A stretch of DNA of 64,000 bases from Klebsormidium nitens (taxonomy: Eukaryota; Plantae; Klebsormidiophyceae), in the NCBI GenBank assembly GCA_000708835.1, contig DF237048.1, positions 62,001-126,000 of the forward strand, given 5' to 3'. The notes beneath the pieces are model-generated. The model did no database searches. It saw only the letters and a program-made list of their open reading frames with translations, and had not been told where the DNA came from. Made by a program: the position numbers and the translations under genes. This document shows, one piece after another, positions 24,451 through 36,620 of this stretch (position 1 is the stretch's first letter; each line of letters begins with the position of its first letter).

Positions 24451-25575
24451 ATTGGAATGGAATCTTGGACGAACCGGCTTCATCCTCAAGCCGCTCCTGC
24501 GTACAGTGCTTTTGTAATCTGTTGGGGTAGGTACTGGGCAGGTATCGGATACCGGTGCATGTGCGGCGAACTCAGACTGCAAACCTGGATTTTTAGCTGC
24601 CAGCTAGGGGGGCGCCCGGCCCTCGTCCCCCGGGGCCCGGCCAGATCTAGATTCCCAGAGTTCCCTGACGTTCGACACAAATGCACTGTATGCCGTTGCC
24701 AAAGACTCCAAAGATGTCCTGCTCTTTCGTCATCATGGAATCATTTTTTCAGAGGAGCACGCCAGCTGGTCGTCACTGGTCAGCCCTCCATGCACAGTTT
24801 GTGAAATACAAGTGGCTGGTGAAGGAGAAGTGAAGTGCAGTCGGAGTGGCTGGTTGCTCGGGTCACAATCCCGGCTTTGTTTCGGCCCCGCAGATTGCCG
24901 CCGGCGAGGGTCGCCATAAGCCGACTCCGGGACATATAAGCTTTTGAAAAGCCGACACGAATCGGAAAAGCTGATTTTTCCTCGGAGCAGAAGCCGACAT
25001 CTGCTGTGAGTCGTCGGCTCCGCCCTCGACACTGGGTCAACACAGTCGGCTTGCCCCTATACAGAAAGTTTAAAATAGTGTAGGTTTTTTGGGCGTCATG
25101 TAGCCAGCAGAGTATCAATTATGAGAAAGTACGGTAGTCGGCTTCGAGCCGACATTTCCAAAAGCCTGTGGCTGACCCCTGGGCGGGCGCTGGGCTGGCG
25201 GCCGGGCCCGCCAAAGATTGTGTCAGATCCTCTGAGCATCAGAATTTTGGAACGAGACTCGAGAGTGACCACTAGGTAATAGCCTTAGGTACGAGTCTCT
25301 CGTGTGCTCTGCTGGAGGAAGCTGCTACCTACCTATTGCCTCGTCATCCCTTCTTGTTATATATTTCTTCTGCTTGATCCAAGCAGATTCCCTGAATTGT
25401 ATTAAGATATTGGCGCCATTAATTACCTTCCTAAGTTGTCCTCACCGCAAGACGGCAGTTCCGTGGCCAATTTCCTGCAATTTGCAGCAAGACTTTTTAA
25501 GGCAGCTGAAAGTGTATTGGTCGTTTTATCAGCAGCATTCATTCCCATCGAGACAGTCTGCTAGCGATTGCTGAA

Positions 25576-28500
25576 ATGGCGCGTCTGGAAAAGACAATCG
25601 TGCTGGCTCTGCTGTCAGCGGCTGCGCTTGTCGGTCTTGTGTCAGCTCAAAGTTGTGCGACTGCAGGTTTTTGCAGCGGGAGCTGCGCTGCAGGTTTCAA
25701 CCCTTGCTACAATGTAGATGGGTCGCAGCTGACTTGCTGCACCTCGACGTGAGTTATCCTGCTATTACCTACTTGTAGTGGAAGCAGTAACAAGCAGCCT
25801 ACTTAGCAGCTTGCAGTCACTGCTCCTGAAATCTTGTGTGTCGATCTGGATCATAAGTTCTTCAACCTGCTACAGAGTGTCTTACCAACCAAAACAAGAG
25901 GTTTTTTGGCGGAGATCAGAGTTGTTTAACATATGTTAAGAGTGAATACGCACATTGATGATGTTTTTCAGATGCGCAATAGTGATCGTTATTTAAAATA
26001 TAAGGATACCCGTGAAAACCCTGTTCAGATGGACCTGTCCTATTTTCCTCAACCTTTTTGTTGCTGGAATAAAAAGTGCGACGCTAAGAAAAGAACAATG
26101 CTGCAAAGAGCATCTATGACATTACCTCTGGGGCTTTTGAGGCAGCTTAACATCTTAGAGAAGTCCTTGAGCAGCCACTGATCTTTTCCACAGATTGACA
26201 ACCAGCACCAAGCGCAACTAATATGCTATGGTTGGAATACTTCACACATTAAGAGATCTGGAAGAATTAGCAAGTCACATGTGTGGCTACTCTGCATTTT
26301 GTGTCCAGTTAGGGCTAATCATGGTCAGTTGTGACAAGAAAGGGAGCTCTGCTTTATGTCAGATTTCACCAAGGATACAAGGAGTCAAAAAGTGGCTACT
26401 AGATCTAGAACCCTGACTCCTTGACTGTTCTGCACATCCTCCCAACTTCTCAAAATGCTGGTCGCAAACATCCAAAAAAAATTCATTGAGCAACTAACTC
26501 CAGAGGCTCCTGTTATTTGCAGCTGCCTCAACTGCGATCTGTCCACTGGTAATCCTCCCGGCACGACCCCTGCTCCCACCACAACCCCGGCCTCAACGGT
26601 CGCCCCCACTCCTGGCCCTACCACAACCCCAGCCCCAACTGCGAATGGCTGCCTGAGCGGCGGGCGGTGCACGGGCTCCTGTGCCACCGGTTTCAACCCT
26701 TGCTACAATGCTGACGGCTCGCAGCTGACCTGCTGTACCTCTGCGTAAGTCTTCTCCTTGATCTACATATATCTGTCGTTTGGGTGTAATCTTGGTTCCT
26801 GAGACTGCAGGACTACTTGTTCCTGAGCGTTGGCTGGTGCCTAGTTGCTCCAGGCTGTACATAGGATACAAGGATCTCCCGAACTCTTTCACTGGGGAGA
26901 ACCACCCTAATGGACCAGGGGGTGTGGCATCTCAGCGGACGAAGGCAGAGTGGATGCACTGGTCGGTTGACAGTCAATTATGTTTAGAATATACAACTCT
27001 ATGTAGTCAATCAACTGGATTAACGAGTACTGAAACTGCCATCATCTTTTCTTGACCGCCCCTTCAACTCTCCTTTTTTCGGCCTTTGTCCTAGTAGTCC
27101 TGATTTTTCCCACAAGTAAGTGATAATAAAGGTGAGTGACATCAGCTTCCTCGTTAACAAGGTCACAAGCCCCTACAAGTCAGATAGGCGCCTGACTCAT
27201 AGCATCGGTTACCAGTACAATATCAATGGAAGATCCCATCCTAGGACCAGCAACACTGTGGCCTTCTCCAGTTTCCCACCTCAGTCTCTACATTTCTCAC
27301 CAGGGGTGGCAACCTGCAAGTCTCCAAGAGCTTAGACTAGTCTTGAGCCTTTCAAACTGAGCTCCTGTCTATTTCCATATGCAGCTGCGACATTTGCAAC
27401 CTGGCCACTGGCGACGCCCCTGGCGTCTCCCAATCCCCTACCGCAACCACCACTGCCTCTCCTACCCCTACCCCCACAGCAACTGCCTCTGCCACCCCTA
27501 CTCCAACCCCTACCCCCACTAAGGTCTCTGCCCCGGCCCCTGCCCCCGGAGCAGATGGTTGCGTCGTGGGGGGGGTGTGCAGCGGCACTTGCTCTGCGCC
27601 CCTGAACCCTTGCTTCAACGCAGGTAAAGGTCACTCCCTTAGTGACGAGCTGCAGATCATGAGCTGCAATTGCCTTTGGCTTTGCCTCCTAATTGCTGCT
27701 TTCATCCCAAGTACTTGATCTTAAACGACAGTTCTGCTGTGGGGGAGCATGTAGCTTCTTGTGACCTGCCTTGGCCCCCTTACCCCTTGCTCTAATGAAG
27801 CCAAAAGTGCCCCATTTGGCAGCGATTGGGATCAGCATGTTTGAGAGAGCCTGAGGACGGTGTTGTTGTGAACTCTAGCTGGTTGAGGGGTGCCAAACAT
27901 GCAACAGTGTTGAATCTCATCTTAGGGAGTTGCCATTTCGAGAAGAGATTGTTAGGGTGCACTTTCTCTTGCAGTTTGTATGTTTCGAAACAACGAGTCC
28001 TGACAGCACTTGCAATGTCCACCTTTCCTTGAGGCCACCAAGATGCTTCCATGAGATGCTTGACGAAATCAAGCTTCAGTATCGTCACTTGTTTGTTACG
28101 AGGCATGGATTTCTCGAACTGTACAAGAGTCCCTGGAATAAAGTCGAACCGAGAGGGAGCGTCTCTGACAACTCCAGCTCGTCTGCAGCTGGGACCCAGC
28201 TGACTTGCTGTGTGAGCTCCTGCGACCAGTGCACTCTGGGGGCCGCTCCTGGAAACGACGTCACCTTCACGGTGCTTCACAACAATGATATCCATGGGCG
28301 TGTCCAGGCTTCGGTAAGTGCACAATTCTTGTAACGTTCGAAGCTTGTCGGTGTCTGTCCTGGCCAAATACAACCTTTTGGCTCCCTTGCAACACTGCTC
28401 TTTGCTTGGCGATTCTGTTGTATTCCACGTTGATCTAACAAAGCCAGTCAAGGAGACAGCAGCTGACAGCAGTCCATCATATTGGTTTGCATCAAGCGGG

Positions 28501-31500
28501 TGATCTGGTTTGGAAACATGCGTGCAACAAGGAGACAGCAACTATTCTTATTGAATTTGCGTTCCTGCATGCTCTTGTTGATGGCAGCTAATTTCTAACT
28601 TTGACACAGGGGCGGCACACCAGCTCCAAGGCAATGCATGTTTTCAGTTTTCGTTCCTTCCGCATTTCTGCTCCTTTCACCTTGTAAACTGTCTTTGATG
28701 TTTGCAGGATAGGAGTTTCATCGAGTGCAATGCCGCACGCCAGACTGGCACAGGTAAGCAAAGTTCTAGAGTAGTTAGTCTTGCTCGCTAGTCCAGTTCA
28801 ATCGACAAGCACAGTTTTCACTGATCAAACACGGCTGCTTAGGAGCAGATATTGTAATTCAAAGCGAAGGTTCCGCTCAAGAATCTCGTCAATCCTCGCC
28901 ATTGATGTGCTCGATGTTCAGAATTTCCGACATGTCGAGCAATAGTACGTTGAACCGTCCTCACTCGTAGAGCTAACGGTTTCTTTCCAGCCGCTTTTGG
29001 TGGATCTCCATGTGAAAGTTGTTCCTTCGTTTACACCTGTGATCCCACTCTCGCCCCTGGAACGATCCTCAATTCAATTCAGCCGACAGAGCCCGAGCTT
29101 TACGGAAGCCCTTCCTCAATTACTGCCGCCCTCATAGTGTTCCAAGTCGCCCCTCCTTCACAATCGCAAAACCCTTCTCGATCTTCAACAACGTTGCAAC
29201 CTGCAGAAGACTTCGTGAACCAGGCTTCCAATGATCCCTGGTGACTGCTACGGAGGGGACTCCAACTGGTTCGCCCCTCCTCCGCAATCTCGAAACCATT
29301 TTCGATCTCCGAGAAACGAGCGAAATTTTGGTTGACTACCGTTCAATATTCGCTTTCTTTAGGCGACTGCTACGGAGGATACGCCAAGATGGCCACCGTC
29401 ATCGACCAGGAGCGTGCCAAGGACCTGCCCGTGTTGGTCGTGAACGCGGGAGACGAGTTCACGGGCACGCTCTGGAGTCTGACCTACCTCGGCAAGGAGT
29501 CGTCCACCTTCCTCAACCTCCTCGGCTTTGACGTCATGGTGAGGAACCAGTCTGCGAAGCTGACGTTGCTCTGGGGTCCTGATCTCTCTGCAGACTTCTG
29601 AAGAAGGCTCTTGGGACCTCTCCGTCTGTGCTGCAGTGAAAGAGACTTTTTTCCCGACGTTACCAGGTTCGGCTGGTCAGAGAAAAGTGGCACGTACTCA
29701 AATTCGCACTCGCACTCACACTCGCTGGCACTCGTACTCGCGCCTTAGGCGCAACATGGCGTTTCACAAGGGTCAGCACCCTGTGAACGTCCTAGAAGGA
29801 AGGTTTTTTCCATGATTGACCAACCGCACAAGTTTGGCGGACACGATCTTCCACGATAGAAAATCTTAAAGAGGCTCGATATATGGCCACTTCAGGCTTC
29901 TTGGTTACTTCATAAAAGCACGAATCCACAGGTTCTGTTTCACCAACACTTGCGCTGAAAATCTTCATAGGATCAGTGACTTCTTTGCTTTCCAGGTCCC
30001 TTAGAGTGCTTTTGTTTGCTAGCCGACCTCGGAGAAGCCGTCCAAATCATAAAGCTTACTACGAGCGTGACCGACGGGCACTGTCCAGTTTTCGAATTCT
30101 CTTGCTTTTGACACTCAGCTCTGAAAGGGCTTTCCCGCCTTTCCTTGATCCACCGTTTAACGATGGTTAGTTTTTATATACTACAGCTTCGACAAAGCTT
30201 GTTGCCTGTATTGACAAGCCTCCATCCGCAAATCTTAGGCCAGTCGACCTGAGCACTCAGATGCAGCCAGGACTTCGAGCTCTGCAGCCAGGATTCTGAT
30301 TTTTGCGATCAGCTCAGAACGGCCTCAGATCAGGCAGCAAGGTTTGACGGAGCGGCGAGGTCTCCTTTGCCTTGTACGATTCTGTCCGACCAGTGCTTTC
30401 TCCTCGTACAGAATCTGGCAACTACGATAATGACAAGCACTGCACATTCTCGTCACTTGCGTGCCCTTCCTTCCCTGCTACCTTACCCTTTCTCTTTCGT
30501 GCGTCTCACCATCCCTCTTGTACTCCTCCGGTGCTCTGCGTTCCTTACTTGGCGCTCTGTCTTTTTTCAGACGTTCGGCAACCACGAGTTCGACAAGGGC
30601 CCCCAGGTTTTGGCCGACTACATCTCGCAGCTCAACTTCCCCATCGTGGGCACCAACACCGTGCCCAACCCCACGTCGCCCATCTACAACAAGTTCCCCA
30701 AGTCCACCGTGAGCCGTGTCCTGTCGCGCCTCTAGTTGCCGTTCGTTTGATACAACATATTGCCTGTCTCAAAAGAGAGCCGCCTTGGAATGAATTGGAG
30801 GCATGAGATCGTTCTTGCGGCCCCCTCTATATGTCTTCGTGACGACCCCAGGTAACCAATTTCAAGGAAAAGTGGACAGAGATGCAGGTCGGTTGTAGAT
30901 GTTAGTTCAAGATTGGAGGCTTGCTTGGATCCTGTAGGCAATTCAAGTGGGCACCTTTAGCAGGCAGTAAGGACACCGAGCCTCTCTCCAAATCGGACGG
31001 AGCGCTGCCCATCCAGGTATGTCTCGAGAGCCCTTATCAATCACAATCGTGTAGTGTAAAAGACAGGATAGCGTCGAATGATACGGCTACCTAAACCGTG
31101 GGCGTACAAGTACGACTGCTTTCCCCGGTCCTTCAGATCATGTCTTTCTGAAACGACCATAGAATTGAGACCTTCATCAGCAACTAAACCCGGGTCGTCC
31201 CGTTCTCCAGATCCTCAGCCTGAAGAACAAGATGGGCCAAGAGATCGCGAAGATCGGCGTCTGCGGCTGGGTCACCCCTGACACTAAGTTCACGTCATCC
31301 CCCGGCCCCGACATCAACTTTGCTGAGGTCATCCCCTCCGTCACCGCCTGCGTTGCTGACCTGAAGAACCAGGGAGTCAAGATCGTGATCGGCCTCGGCC
31401 ACGGTGGAATTGATGATGATCTAGTGGTGGCGAAATCGGTTCCGGGTAAGCCCAAATTTCATTCCCATTGTCTATATTTATTACGTTTGAAAACGTCATC

Positions 31501-34500
31501 GTGCCTACCTTGCTTGGAATTGGGACCTACAGATTTGATCTGGATTTGGTCGATTCTGTGAAAGGCATAGCGCCACGAATTGTAACTTTTAGGCCCCGTG
31601 ACGCGGGGTTAGCTAGAATTAAAGGGTGGATACGTGTGCAGAGCGTGCGAAGATCTTTTTGGGTCATCAGTCAGGTTTACTGGTACCCTTCATGGCGCTT
31701 ACCTTTCATGATCTCGAGCGTTAACAGGTTTGGGGGGCGAGACAATTGGCTGTGCACTGACCCCCAAGGACGATACAATTTTTGTGCCCCCCCCTTAATT
31801 CTGGGACGTTTACTTTTCCAGGCCTGAGCTCAGGCTGGTCGTCGGCGGCCACTCCACACCTTCCTGTACTCGGGCACCCCCCCCAAAGCTGAGCTTGACC
31901 GTAACCTTTTGCCACCCCCCTTTCTTAAGTTTCTAGTAAACCCCCCCTCCTGAAGCTGGACCGTTCCCTTCTGCAGGCCTGAGCCTGGTCGTCGGCGGCC
32001 ACTCCCACACCTTCCTCTATTCGGGCACCCCCCCCAAGCTGAATGTTGCCTTAAACCTGAGCGACACCACGCCGTTCCCCTACCCCATCAACGTGCAGAA
32101 CGACTTTGGGCCGATCGTGCCCTACGTCCAGGCGTTCTGGGGAGGCAGGTGAGGGCCCCCCTGTCGGGGATAATCCACCTGCTGACGTCAGGGGTCTTTC
32201 GTGCAGACGTCACCTCGTAGCTTCCGAGTAGTAATGTTTGATCTCCTCACTCTTCGGCGCTCCCGTGGCGCTTGAGTCTCGTTCGTCTCGCCAAGTGCCA
32301 GCGGGGTCTCAATAGCGTATCCCTGCAATTAAAAACCTCGCCTCCGTCTTGTGAGCATCTTCCCGCCCTCCCGCGTCGTCGCGCTTTTTGACTTTCCCCA
32401 TTAGCAAGCCGTTCCCCCCCCTCCCCCCCCCCCCGGACATGTGTTCCAAACCCAAGCCCCACTTACTCAAGCTCCACGTACATGGGCCGCCTGATGGGCA
32501 CATTTTGAGTTGCCCCTTCTGATCTTACCCACCGTTAAAGTCGTCCGGCTCCCCCTCTCAAACGTCCGCCAATCTCGCCCCCACTCCGTCCTTACATACT
32601 TTTCTCGTTAGTGCGTCGTCGCGCTGTAGTATCCTACGCCTGGAAGTCGTTCCAGCCATCCCCCCCTCGAACGTCTGCCAAGGCCACCCCCCCTTTTCTT
32701 CGTTGCGCAAGTACCTTGGCCGATTCACGGTCATGCACGTTCAATCTGCGTTTGCCGTTAAAAAGACGCTTCCAGCTCCCCCCCTCAAACCCCCGCCAAT
32801 GTCTCCCTCCTTGCTCTTGCCCCAGGTCAATGGGCCAATTCCTGCTCACCGTTCAGCTGCGTCTCCGAACTTAAGCCCCAATGAAAATCGACTCATCACC
32901 CGCCCCTCAAAACGCCTGCCAATTGTATTCCTTTGTACATTCGCCCCAGGTACATGGGCCGCTTTACGGTCACGTTCGAGCTGCGCTTGCGACCTCACCT
33001 TTGGTGGAAAAAGCCATTTTGGCTCACCCCCCCTGCCAACCTGGTTCCCCCCACCTTTCCGTGCAACATACACTTGGCAATTCACGAGCTCCGCTTCACG
33101 AGTTGACCCCACTTTACAACTTGGTCCGCCCCCCCCCTCAAACATTTGCCAATCTCCCCCCCCCATGTGCCCCAGGTACATGGGCCGCTTCACGATCACG
33201 TTCGACGCCGTGGGCCGGTTCAAGAACTTTGCCACGACGCAGCCGATCCTGCTGGGCGGGAGCATCAGCGAGAACAACGTCCCGGAGAAGCCGTCCGTTG
33301 CGGACCTCATCCAGTCCCTCTCCGGACCCGTGGACGCTCTCAAGTACGTCCGCAAATTCTCATTTCCGGACCCTCTGCTACAATTTCCTTGAAGCCTTCC
33401 TAGTCCAATGTTGCAGAACCGCAACAATTGGGCCAATCAACTTTCGACTGGAATCCTCTTCAAGGAGAGGGGACACATGTCCAATCCAAATTGGCAAATC
33501 CTGAAAGAGCAGGGTACGCGTGTTTTCATCACCGAATTCAGGCTCCTCGTTTGCTTTCGTCATCCTTACGGTCGTTCTTAACTGATGACCACAAAAGCCA
33601 AACCGACAGTATGAGGGTGCTTTCCGAAAGCCTGTGGCTGTCGAGATTGCTTTTCCGTGTTTGTGGACTGTCCGGAAAAGGGTCGTCAGCGCTTGCAAGC
33701 TGATCTTCACATGCAATCCTGATATCGAATCGACCTGCAAGGCACCTGTCGACGTTGATCATCTATCGACAAGAGTGACAAGCGCGCACAGCGATTAAGG
33801 AAGTTGCGCCTGGAAGCAGTACTGCAAATGTGTCCCGACGTTACCTACGTTGCTTGTTTTTTCTGAAACTCAGATTGACCTATACCCTCTTGATTTACCT
33901 ACTTCTAGGCCATTATTCCCATCTATGAGTCTCGCTCTGATGGGCCATGTATTTTCAGCCAACTTGGGACCCGAAGACGTGGGGTGGCCATCTATGGCTT
34001 ACCCACTTTCAACGTCTTGCCAAGCTCCCCAACTTCCCCTAACGTACCCTCTTCGTGATCTTCCTTTCCTGCAGCGCGCAAAATGTCGGCTCGTCGTCCG
34101 TCGCCCTCAACGGCCGCCCCTACCTCCAGGACCCGGTCACCGGGCCCGGCTCCGGGGAGATCAACCTGGGCGACCTCATCACTGACGCCATGGTGTGGAA
34201 GGTCGCCCAGAACCCGGCCTTCGAGCAGGAGTTCGGCGCCAACGTGATTGCGGTGACCAATACTGGAGGGATTCGCGTGAACCTGCCGGCGGGGCAGCTG
34301 ACGCGCGGCCAGGCGAGTTTTCTCTTGTTTACCCGTCAACTTCCGGCTTATCTCCCAACTGCTTCGTTGTGGAAACCCCCGTTTTCCTTTCTGAGTGCCC
34401 CGATTACGTTCGCTTCGCTTTCGGCCCATCCTATTTGTGACGCACGCGAGGTGGAGCAGATCGCACGGCGCAGTCAAGACGGGAGCTTTCTATCCTAGAG

Positions 34501-36620
34501 CGTTCGGTCCTTTCTTAGGATCATGTCCGGTTTTGAGGCTGTTCGAATCTAATGGCGGTCTCAGCTCGGCCTCGCACTTAATTTCAGATCTGTCAGGAGG
34601 TGCTGGGTCGATCGACGCCAACCATGTTTTGGAAACATCCGTGCTTGCGTCCAGAACGACGCGCTTTCTTTACCGGTGCTGATATCACACTGCTCGCGTG
34701 GATCTCTTTCCGCATATCTTCAAAAGCCGCGCTTGCCAGAACCGCGCCCGCACTGCCGCTCGGACTTGTTGCTGACGTCCCACTCCTCTCCGATCCGCTG
34801 ACGCTCGTGCTGACGTCACAGCATTGCCCTCGTGCAGATCCTGACGGTGCTCCCCTTCGGCAACGTGGTGACGATCATCCAGATGACCGGCGCGGTGCTG
34901 CGGTCCGCCATCGAGTTCTCCGTCGGCCTTTGGAACCCCACCTACGCGGGCAACCAGTTCCTGCAGGTCAGAAAGACACGTTCACACCCCCTGGTTAAAG
35001 TTGCACCCAATTCTCTACGCAGTAACAGAATATATTCGTGAGAGAATCTCCTTCTCTTTGTATATTTCTGTTCAAGCGACCTACGCGAGCAACCAGCTCC
35101 TGCAGAGTCTGGACACGTTTCCGTCTTCTTCTCCAGACTGCTTTTTGGTTGTTACAGTGAAGACTGTAGCTGCTGTTAGTGCCCAAGCGTCGGCGCAAGC
35201 ATCTTACAAGTTTCGTCTCATTTGAGCTGCTTCCTCTTTGTTGGCCCGTCTCCGTGGCTTGCATCTGACAAGAGTATGTGGTCCTACTTGCTCCAGCTTC
35301 TTCGACTCTGACCTGATACGGGGTTTGCGTTGTCAGTCCGCGTTTGAAAGCCTCCGCACGTGCACTGGTTTCAAATGGTGACCCAATGATTGTGACCGAT
35401 TGTTGGAAGTCAAGGAACAGAAAAGGAGTTGCAGAGTATCGCGTCACTGCCGCTTTTTGCCAGGCGTCGGCACTCTGAATCCTCTGCCACGTCCCTTACC
35501 CGCTCATTTCCCCCGTCCGCTGACACCGTTCCGCGCACCCATTCCGTCCACAGGTTTCCGGCATCAAGTTCTCGTTCGACCCGACCAAGCCCGCCGGGTC
35601 CCGCCTCCTGGAGCTGGTCGCCTTCAACCCGGTCGCTAACTGCTTTACCCCGGTCGACGACGCGGCGACCTACAACGTGATCTCCAACGACTTCACGGCC
35701 GCCGGCGGAGACGGCTTCGCGCAGTTCGGGTCCTCCAAGAAGCTGCTTGCCACGGGGCCGGTGCTCGCGGACGTGCTCGCGGAGTACGTGCAGACGTTCT
35801 CGCCGATCAACATTACGGTGAGTAGCTTCCCTTCTGTCTTGCGGGGGATGTCTTGCGGGGGACGGACAGAAGGATTCAGTGGGCGGTCGAAAGTAAAACT
35901 GCCAAGTCAAAACTGATAAGCGGGAAGGAAGGGGGCGGGGATAAGTAGTCCACAAATGAGGCATCAACATGCGGTGCGTGGCTTCTCCTCATTCCGTGAA
36001 GGGTAAGCGCCATGAAGAGTCAGGGTAATGTTAAACTAAGATCCCCGTGCTCCGCACCCGCACCCCCACTCCCACCCTAACCCCCTAAGTGATCTCACCC
36101 ATCCCATCGGTTTTCCACCGTACAGTTTCATGGCCCTTTAGCCCTTCCTCAGCCCTTCATGGAGTCAACCCAGAGTTCCTTGAGCCGCAGCAGCTGTAGG
36201 TAGATTCTCGAGGCTTGATTCGAGGAGATGCCTTGCTTATCACCGGCAAACATGTGCACTGTAGCTTGGTTGGGTACTTCTGAATGTTCCCAACCTTGAT
36301 GTCTGATGTGCCCTCAGGAAGTTGGAGATGGGTTCGAATATCACCGACAAGCTGCTTCAATCTGATCCGCTTGTCTCTCGTGTCCCTAAACATCCACGCG
36401 AGTTGCGTCAAGCTAAGCGCTGAGTACACGTCCCTCTGCTTCTCAGGTCGAGCTCAGTACAGCCAGTCGGCGAATGTTCTTGTATCGTAATCTGACGGTT
36501 CCGGGACTTGTTTCACTGCAGACGGGCATGCGCATCAACGTGATTACGGCCAGCAACCCCTTCGTGTCTCAGAAGACGTGCGCGCGCAAGATGCGGCGCT
36601 TCCTGTTCCAGGCCAACTAG
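25576..36620 (+). CDS. Secreted 5'-nucleotidase/apyrase (UshA/CD73 family) with N-terminal 8-Cys repeats and Thr/Pro linkers, ~807 aa; exons 25576-25748, 26523-26744, 27385-27623, 28189-28313, 28708-28753, 29363-29538, 30571-30708, 31211-31445, 31977-32148, 33176-33343, 34075-34312, 34838-34966, 35554-35817, 36522-36620
   Basis: Signal peptide MARLEKTIVLALLSAAALVGLVSA; metallophosphoesterase motifs NDIHG, NAGDEFTGT, GNHEFD, GLGHGG, GGHSHT; C-terminal domain motifs EINLGDLITDAM, NTGGIR, LPFGN, GGDGF; phases match throughout (one GC-AG intron). Confidence 0.95.
29240..29256 (+). repeat. Short upstream copy of the start of 5'-nucleotidase exon 6
   Basis: GGTGACTGCTACGGAGG versus GGCGACTGCTACGGAGG 122 nt downstream. 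Confidence 0.7.
31810..31895 (+). repeat. Upstream frameshifted copy of acceptor + start of 5'-nucleotidase exon 9
   Basis: CAG|GCCTGAGCTCAGGCTGGTCGTCGGCGGCCACTCCACACCTTCCTGTACTCGGGCACCCCCCC versus the exon at 31977 (155 nt later). Confidence 0.92.
32440..33175 (+). repeat. About 6 decayed ~116-bp units (C-tract, CAAAC..GCCAAT, acceptor, GTACATGGGCCGC) before 5'-nucleotidase exon 10
   Basis: Exon-start copies at 32478, 32711, 32826, 32950, weaker units near 32595 and 33065, functional exon at 33176. Confidence 0.8.
35079..35105 (+). repeat. Downstream copy of the 3' end of 5'-nucleotidase exon 12
   Basis: ACCTACGCGAGCAACCAGCTCCTGCAG versus ACCTACGCGGGCAACCAGTTCCTGCAG (34940-34966), 25/27 identical, not followed by GT. 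Confidence 0.85.

Noticed and set aside
32703-33504. Long ORFs of 196-229 aa across the C-rich intron
   Set aside because: Pro-rich read-through of the decoy array plus exon 10; not independent genes.
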